Part shown: positions 59,992 through 64,000 of the stretch, piece by piece
How positions within the stretch are numbered: position 1 is the first letter of the stretch
How the letters are laid out: each line of letters starts with the position of its first letter
Origin: an uncultured Gemmataceae bacterium
GTDB taxonomy: Bacteria > Planctomycetota > Planctomycetia > Gemmatales > Gemmataceae
DNA: 64,000 nt
Direction of reading: 5' to 3'
NCBI GenBank assembly: GCA_963750165.1
Contig: CAVVPN010000003.1
Span: 1,376,001-1,440,000 of the forward strand
The notes under the pieces: model-generated
Told to the model about the DNA's origin: nothing
Database searches by the model: none
What the model saw: the letters and a program-made list of their open reading frames with translations, nothing else
Made by a program: the position numbers and the translations under genes

Positions 59992-60849
59992 TCAGGTCCG
60001 CGCGAACGGCACCACCCACGGGTGCCGTTCGATCAGCCGTCGCACCAGTTCCGGGTCGGGCGTGAACGGATTGAGCGGCACGCGCGGCGGCGGCAGCACA
60101 TGACTGGCGGCGAACGGCGTCTCGCGCACCTTGCGGTTGTACGCCTCCACCATCAGCGTTTCCAGGTTGATCGTGTCCTGCAGGTTGTACGCCAGCAGCG
60201 TCTCCAGCGCCGCCCGACTGCGGTGCTTGCGGTACTCCTGCCACAGCAGCACCGCCACGTAGCCGTCCACCTGCTCCAGCCCGGGGCGCTGAATCCCCAG
60301 CAGTTTCTCGCAGTTTTTCAGGCCACCCGTCAGGCCGAGGCTGCGCAGGATGTAACGCAGGTCGATGTGCGCTTGCGGAAACGTCATGCCGAACTGCCGC
60401 TGCAAAAACGGCAGGTCGAACGAGGCGCCGTTGTAGGTCACCAGCACACGATAGCCGGCCGCCGCCGCAGGGAAGTCGCTGAGGTTCTCGCCGTGGATGA
60501 AGTAGCGCACCGTGCGGCCGTCGAACAGCGCCACCGTCGTGACGTGGTCGCCGGGCTGGCCCAGGCCGGTCGTCTCGATGTCGAGGTAGGCGCAGCCGCC
60601 GCGGAAGTCGCCGAACAGCCGCCAGTGCTGGCTGGCCTGGAGGCGGTCGGCGAAGTAGCGTGGATCGCCCTGTTCCCAGTGGTGTAGCGACTCCTGCAAA
60701 TGCTCCGCCGCCGACTTGCGCACCGCCGGATATTTCGCGGACTGGGCCTGCGCCAGCAGCGCCGCCCAGGATGTGACGCCAGCCTCCCACAGCTTTTGTT
60801 CGCTGCGGGGGCCGATGCCGGGCAGGTGGCAGAAGGTGTTGCGTAGCAT
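59992..60849 (-). CDS. RNase H-like exonuclease (YprB-like)
   Basis: HLPGIG HhH, YLDIETTG, TYNGASFDLP, HIDL, GGLK, YNLQD. Confidence 0.9.
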   Translation of the reverse strand: MLRNTFCHLPGIGPRSEQKLWEAGVTSWAALLAQAQSAKYPAVRKSAAEHLQESLHHWEQGDPRYFADRLQASQHWRLFGDFRGGCAYLDIETTGLGQPGDHVTTVALFDGRTVRYFIHGENLSDFPAAAAGYRVLVTYNGASFDLPFLQRQFGMTFPQAHIDLRYILRSLGLTGGLKNCEKLLGIQRPGLEQVDGYVAVLLWQEYRKHRSRAALETLLAYNLQDTINLETLMVEAYNRKVRETPFAASHVLPPPRVPLNPFTPDPELVRRLIERHPWVVPFART

Positions 60850-60964
60850 CAACGGCGTTCCTGGCCAGAAACGGCGACGAATCGTTTCCCCCGATTGTAT
60901 AACAATCCTTGCCGTCATGCCTCCCCACCCCACCGAACCAACCCCGACCAAGGAGCCCTCTGTC

Positions 60965-62242
60965 ATGAAACGCACTGTCTTCGCCCTGCTCGTGCTCGTG
61001 TCCCTCAGCGCCGTCCCGTTCGCTGCGGCGGACGACTGGCCGAACTGGCGCGGCCCCGGCGGCATGGGCCACACCACCGAAAAGAACTTGCCACTGACCT
61101 GGGGCGGCAAGGACGGCGCCAAGGTGCTCTGGAAGGCGCCGCTGTACGACCCCACGGTCAAGCTCAACCTCGACCAGAACCAGTCCAGCCCGGTCGTCCG
61201 CGCCGGCCGCGTTTACGTCACGCTCTCCTACTGGCCGGCGGGGGTGAGCCAGGACAAATACCCCGAACACCACGTCCTCTGTTTCCGCGCCGCGGACGGC
61301 AAGCGCCTGTGGGACACGGTGGTGCCGCCAGGACCGTGGCTGCTGAAGGATCTGCGCGGCGGCTACACGGCGCCGACGCCGGCGGTGGACGGCGAGCGCG
61401 TCTACGTGGCGTTCGGCTCCGCGGTGGTCGCGGCGCTGGACCTGGACGGCAAGCTCATCTGGCGCAAGGAAATCAAGCCGCATTTCTTCGACGTGGCCTT
61501 CGCCGCCAGCCCGGTGCTGTACCGCGGCAACATACTGGTGATGTGCGAGCAACTCGCGGACAAGTCCACGCTGCTGGCGTTCGACCGCAAGACGGGCAAC
61601 CTGGCCTGGGAGAAGAAGCGGCCGGGCGCCGACTGGACGCACAGCACGCCGGTGCTCGCCCAGGTGAACGGCAAGCCGCAGCTGCTGGTGGCGGCGGCCA
61701 AGGCGGTGCAGGGGCTCGACCCGGACAATGGCGCCATCCTCTGGACGTGCAAGACAGGGGGTGAGCGGACGGGCGACACGCCGTCGCCGGTATACGGCGG
61801 TGGTCTGGTCTACTGCGACAGCGGCCGCGGCGGCCCCGGTGTGGCGGTCGATCCGACCGGCCGCGGCGACGTGACCGCGACGCACCTCAAGTGGACGATC
61901 CAGGGTGTGCCACAGGGCTTCTCCTCGCCGGTCATCGTCGGCGACTATTTGTATCGCGTCCACGCGCCGGGCGTGCTGAAGTGCTGGCAGCTGGCGACTG
62001 GCAAGCAGGTGTATTCGCAGCGGCTGGAGGGTGTGTCCACCAGTTCCAGCCCGATCGCGACGGCGGACGGCCGGCTGTACTTCGCCAGCGCCGGCAAGAG
62101 CTACGTCGTGCAGGCGGGGCCGAAGTTTCAGGTGCTGGCGGTCAACGACCTGGGCGACGCCAGCCAGGCATCGGCGGCGGTGGCGGACGGGCGCATCTTC
62201 CTCAAGGGCGGCCGCAACCTGTATTGCATCGGGAAGAAGTGA
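60965..62242 (+). CDS. Exported PQQ-like beta-propeller protein
   Basis: Signal peptide, DDWPNWRGP, SSP/TP..W repeats; AAGGAG RBS. Confidence 0.9.
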   Translation: MKRTVFALLVLVSLSAVPFAAADDWPNWRGPGGMGHTTEKNLPLTWGGKDGAKVLWKAPLYDPTVKLNLDQNQSSPVVRAGRVYVTLSYWPAGVSQDKYPEHHVLCFRAADGKRLWDTVVPPGPWLLKDLRGGYTAPTPAVDGERVYVAFGSAVVAALDLDGKLIWRKEIKPHFFDVAFAASPVLYRGNILVMCEQLADKSTLLAFDRKTGNLAWEKKRPGADWTHSTPVLAQVNGKPQLLVAAAKAVQGLDPDNGAILWTCKTGGERTGDTPSPVYGGGLVYCDSGRGGPGVAVDPTGRGDVTATHLKWTIQGVPQGFSSPVIVGDYLYRVHAPGVLKCWQLATGKQVYSQRLEGVSTSSSPIATADGRLYFASAGKSYVVQAGPKFQVLAVNDLGDASQASAAVADGRIFLKGGRNLYCIGKK

Positions 62243-62256
62243 CCACGCTGTTGACC

Positions 62257-62282
62257 TGGGGCAGACATTCCTGTCTGCCCCA
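62257..62282. repeat. Single REP palindrome
   Basis: TGGGGCAGACATTCCTGTCTGCCCCA, same family as 11002-11067. Confidence 0.75.
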
Positions 62283-62296
62283 CGTCCGCGCGATGT

Positions 62297-64000
62297 TCAC
62301 GCTGGACGTGCCTGCGCCCGCTTCTTCTTTCGCTTGCGCGGCCGGTCGTCCTCTTCCTCCTTCTTCTTGCGCCGCACCACCAGGAACGGAAAATAGTCCG
62401 GCTGGAAGATCGCCATCGCCACCTCCAGCACGACCACCGCCACCAGCAGGGCGATCAGGATCCACAACCACGTCAGGTTCTTTTCCGGCACGTCGGTGCG
62501 GATCGGTTTGCCCGCCGCGGAGTCCTTGCTGACGGCGGTTGACAGCACGGGCGTCTTTTCCACCTTTTTGGCCGGCGGCGGCTGCTTCGGCGTCTTCTCC
62601 TTCTCCACGGGCTCTTGCAAGATGGGTGGCGAGGTGGTTTGCTTCTCCGTCGGTAGCTTTTCCACGATCTGCTGCGTGAGCGACTCGGGGTGGAACGGCA
62701 AGGCGCTGGCCAGATCCTGCGTGAAGTTGGCGCGCTTGAGGAACAGCAGTGCCAGGCAGGTGTCAATGGGCACGGCGGCGCCGTGGTAGCCGCCGTCCTG
62801 CCAGTGGCCGTCGCGGTCCTGGTTGGCGACCAGGATTTCCGCGCCCCACAGATACCAATCCTTGGTGCCCAGTTTGGGCAGACTGTACAGCACCGCCACG
62901 CGCTCCACCGACCACAGGAAATACAGGTTGCCCCTTGGCAGGTTCTCCAGCCGGCCGGTCGGGCGGCCGATGTAGCGGTCCAGGGCCGCGAAGCCGTTCA
63001 CCACCCGCGGATCCTGCTTCTGGCGGGCGCGCTCCTGCGCCGCGGCGATACGCTCGCGGAGTGTGCGCTCCAGCGGCGGCACCAGCGACAGCGGTCGCGG
63101 CACTGCCACCAGGGCGGCGACCTCCCGCGGTTGCAGCGGCAGCGGGGGGACCTTCGCCGGCGGCTTCGGCTGGGCCAGACCGTGGCCGATGGCCAGCCCG
63201 AGCAAACCGACGCAGTTCATCGCAGGCCGGTGCTGACCGCTGCCGCCATAGCGGTAGTGGTAGTCCCAGCTGCCGTCCTGGTTTTGGCTCGTCTCAAAGC
63301 GGCGCGCGATCAGCTTCAGGCTGCGCTGCACCGGGATGTCGTGGCGGCCCGCCGCCCACAGCGCGAGGATGGCGAACTGCGTGTTCGAGTTGTCCGTGGT
63401 GCCGAGCTGCGGCTCCTGCGACTTGTCCTTCGGATCCTCATTCACCAGGTCGGCCGGATTCTGAAAGATCGGCAGGCTCTTCCAGTACGCCGGCGTCTTG
63501 GCCGGGGTCAAATTCTTCATCTTCAAGTAGGCCATCAGGGACCGGTGCTGGTCGGCGTCGAGGACGGGACAGCGGTAGCTCCAGCCGCCAGTCGGCGTCT
63601 GCCCCGCGATCAACCGTAGGCTCAACGCCTCGATCCACAGCCGGTCAGTCTTGTTTTTCCTGTCCGCCAGCCGGTCCAGGAACAGGATCGCCAGGGCCAG
63701 CTCGTAGGTCCGGTCGAGTTTATCGATGTTGTAGCGGACAAACTGGGCGGCGCGCTGCACGGCGGGGTCACTGGCCGGCACGCCGCACTCCAGGAGCGTC
63801 AGGCCGGGCAGGGCGGCGTAGCCGACGCGATGCGCCCCCTTCTCGTCCGCCCAGGTGCCGGTGGGGTACTGCGTGCTGCGCAAATAACGCACGCCCTTGT
63901 CGATGGCGATGTTCACCCGGCGCTGGACCTCGGGTTCCAGCTGCGGCGGGTCCGCCCGGAGTGCGGCGGGACGGGCCCCTCCGAGCAGGGCGGCACCGGC
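62297..64000 (-). CDS. Prenyltransferase/squalene-cyclase-repeat alpha-toroid protein with C-terminal TM anchor (5' end truncated by the window)
   Basis: QYPTGTW, QTPTGGW, DNSNTQFA, QNQDGSW, QDRDGHW repeats; frame stays open to the window edge. Confidence 0.85.
   Translation of the reverse strand, partial: AGAALLGGARPAALRADPPQLEPEVQRRVNIAIDKGVRYLRSTQYPTGTWADEKGAHRVGYAALPGLTLLECGVPASDPAVQRAAQFVRYNIDKLDRTYELALAILFLDRLADRKNKTDRLWIEALSLRLIAGQTPTGGWSYRCPVLDADQHRSLMAYLKMKNLTPAKTPAYWKSLPIFQNPADLVNEDPKDKSQEPQLGTTDNSNTQFAILALWAAGRHDIPVQRSLKLIARRFETSQNQDGSWDYHYRYGGSGQHRPAMNCVGLLGLAIGHGLAQPKPPAKVPPLPLQPREVAALVAVPRPLSLVPPLERTLRERIAAAQERARQKQDPRVVNGFAALDRYIGRPTGRLENLPRGNLYFLWSVERVAVLYSLPKLGTKDWYLWGAEILVANQDRDGHWQDGGYHGAAVPIDTCLALLFLKRANFTQDLASALPFHPESLTQQIVEKLPTEKQTTSPPILQEPVEKEKTPKQPPPAKKVEKTPVLSTAVSKDSAAGKPIRTDVPEKNLTWLWILIALLVAVVVLEVAMAIFQPDYFPFLVVRRKKKEEEDDRPRKRKKKRAQARPA

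Overview
High-GC bacterial DNA whose gene content points to a planctomycete, most likely Gemmataceae (inference). The markers are a LEPLExR-type export motif, a Ser/Thr kinase-WD40 protein, an ECF sigma-LRR fusion, PQQ-like propellers, HEAT-repeat exported proteins and a groEL-groES-groEL arrangement. Recognisable loci: dapB; a ~2140-aa secreted LamG/beta-strand-repeat/dockerin-like protein; truB; rhaB; a surface-glycosylation trio; a hoxEFUYHW bidirectional NiFe hydrogenase operon; and a groEL-groES-groEL-dnaJ-grpE-fmdB-yacG cluster behind a sigma54-type promoter. The intergenic DNA is the most interesting part. It holds a promoter-preceded, ~310-nt highly structured candidate RNA that I cannot assign to a known family (11112-11426), two near-identical 121-bp CTAG-bounded MITEs, REP doublets nested inside different inverted-repeat shells, 7/8/9-mer tandem-repeat hairpins in successive chaperone-operon spacers, and a REP-disrupted toxin-antitoxin-like remnant. 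Seven genes carry small frameshifts that look like sequencing indels. Start codons were re-picked by eye, and all product calls are motif recognition without database searches.
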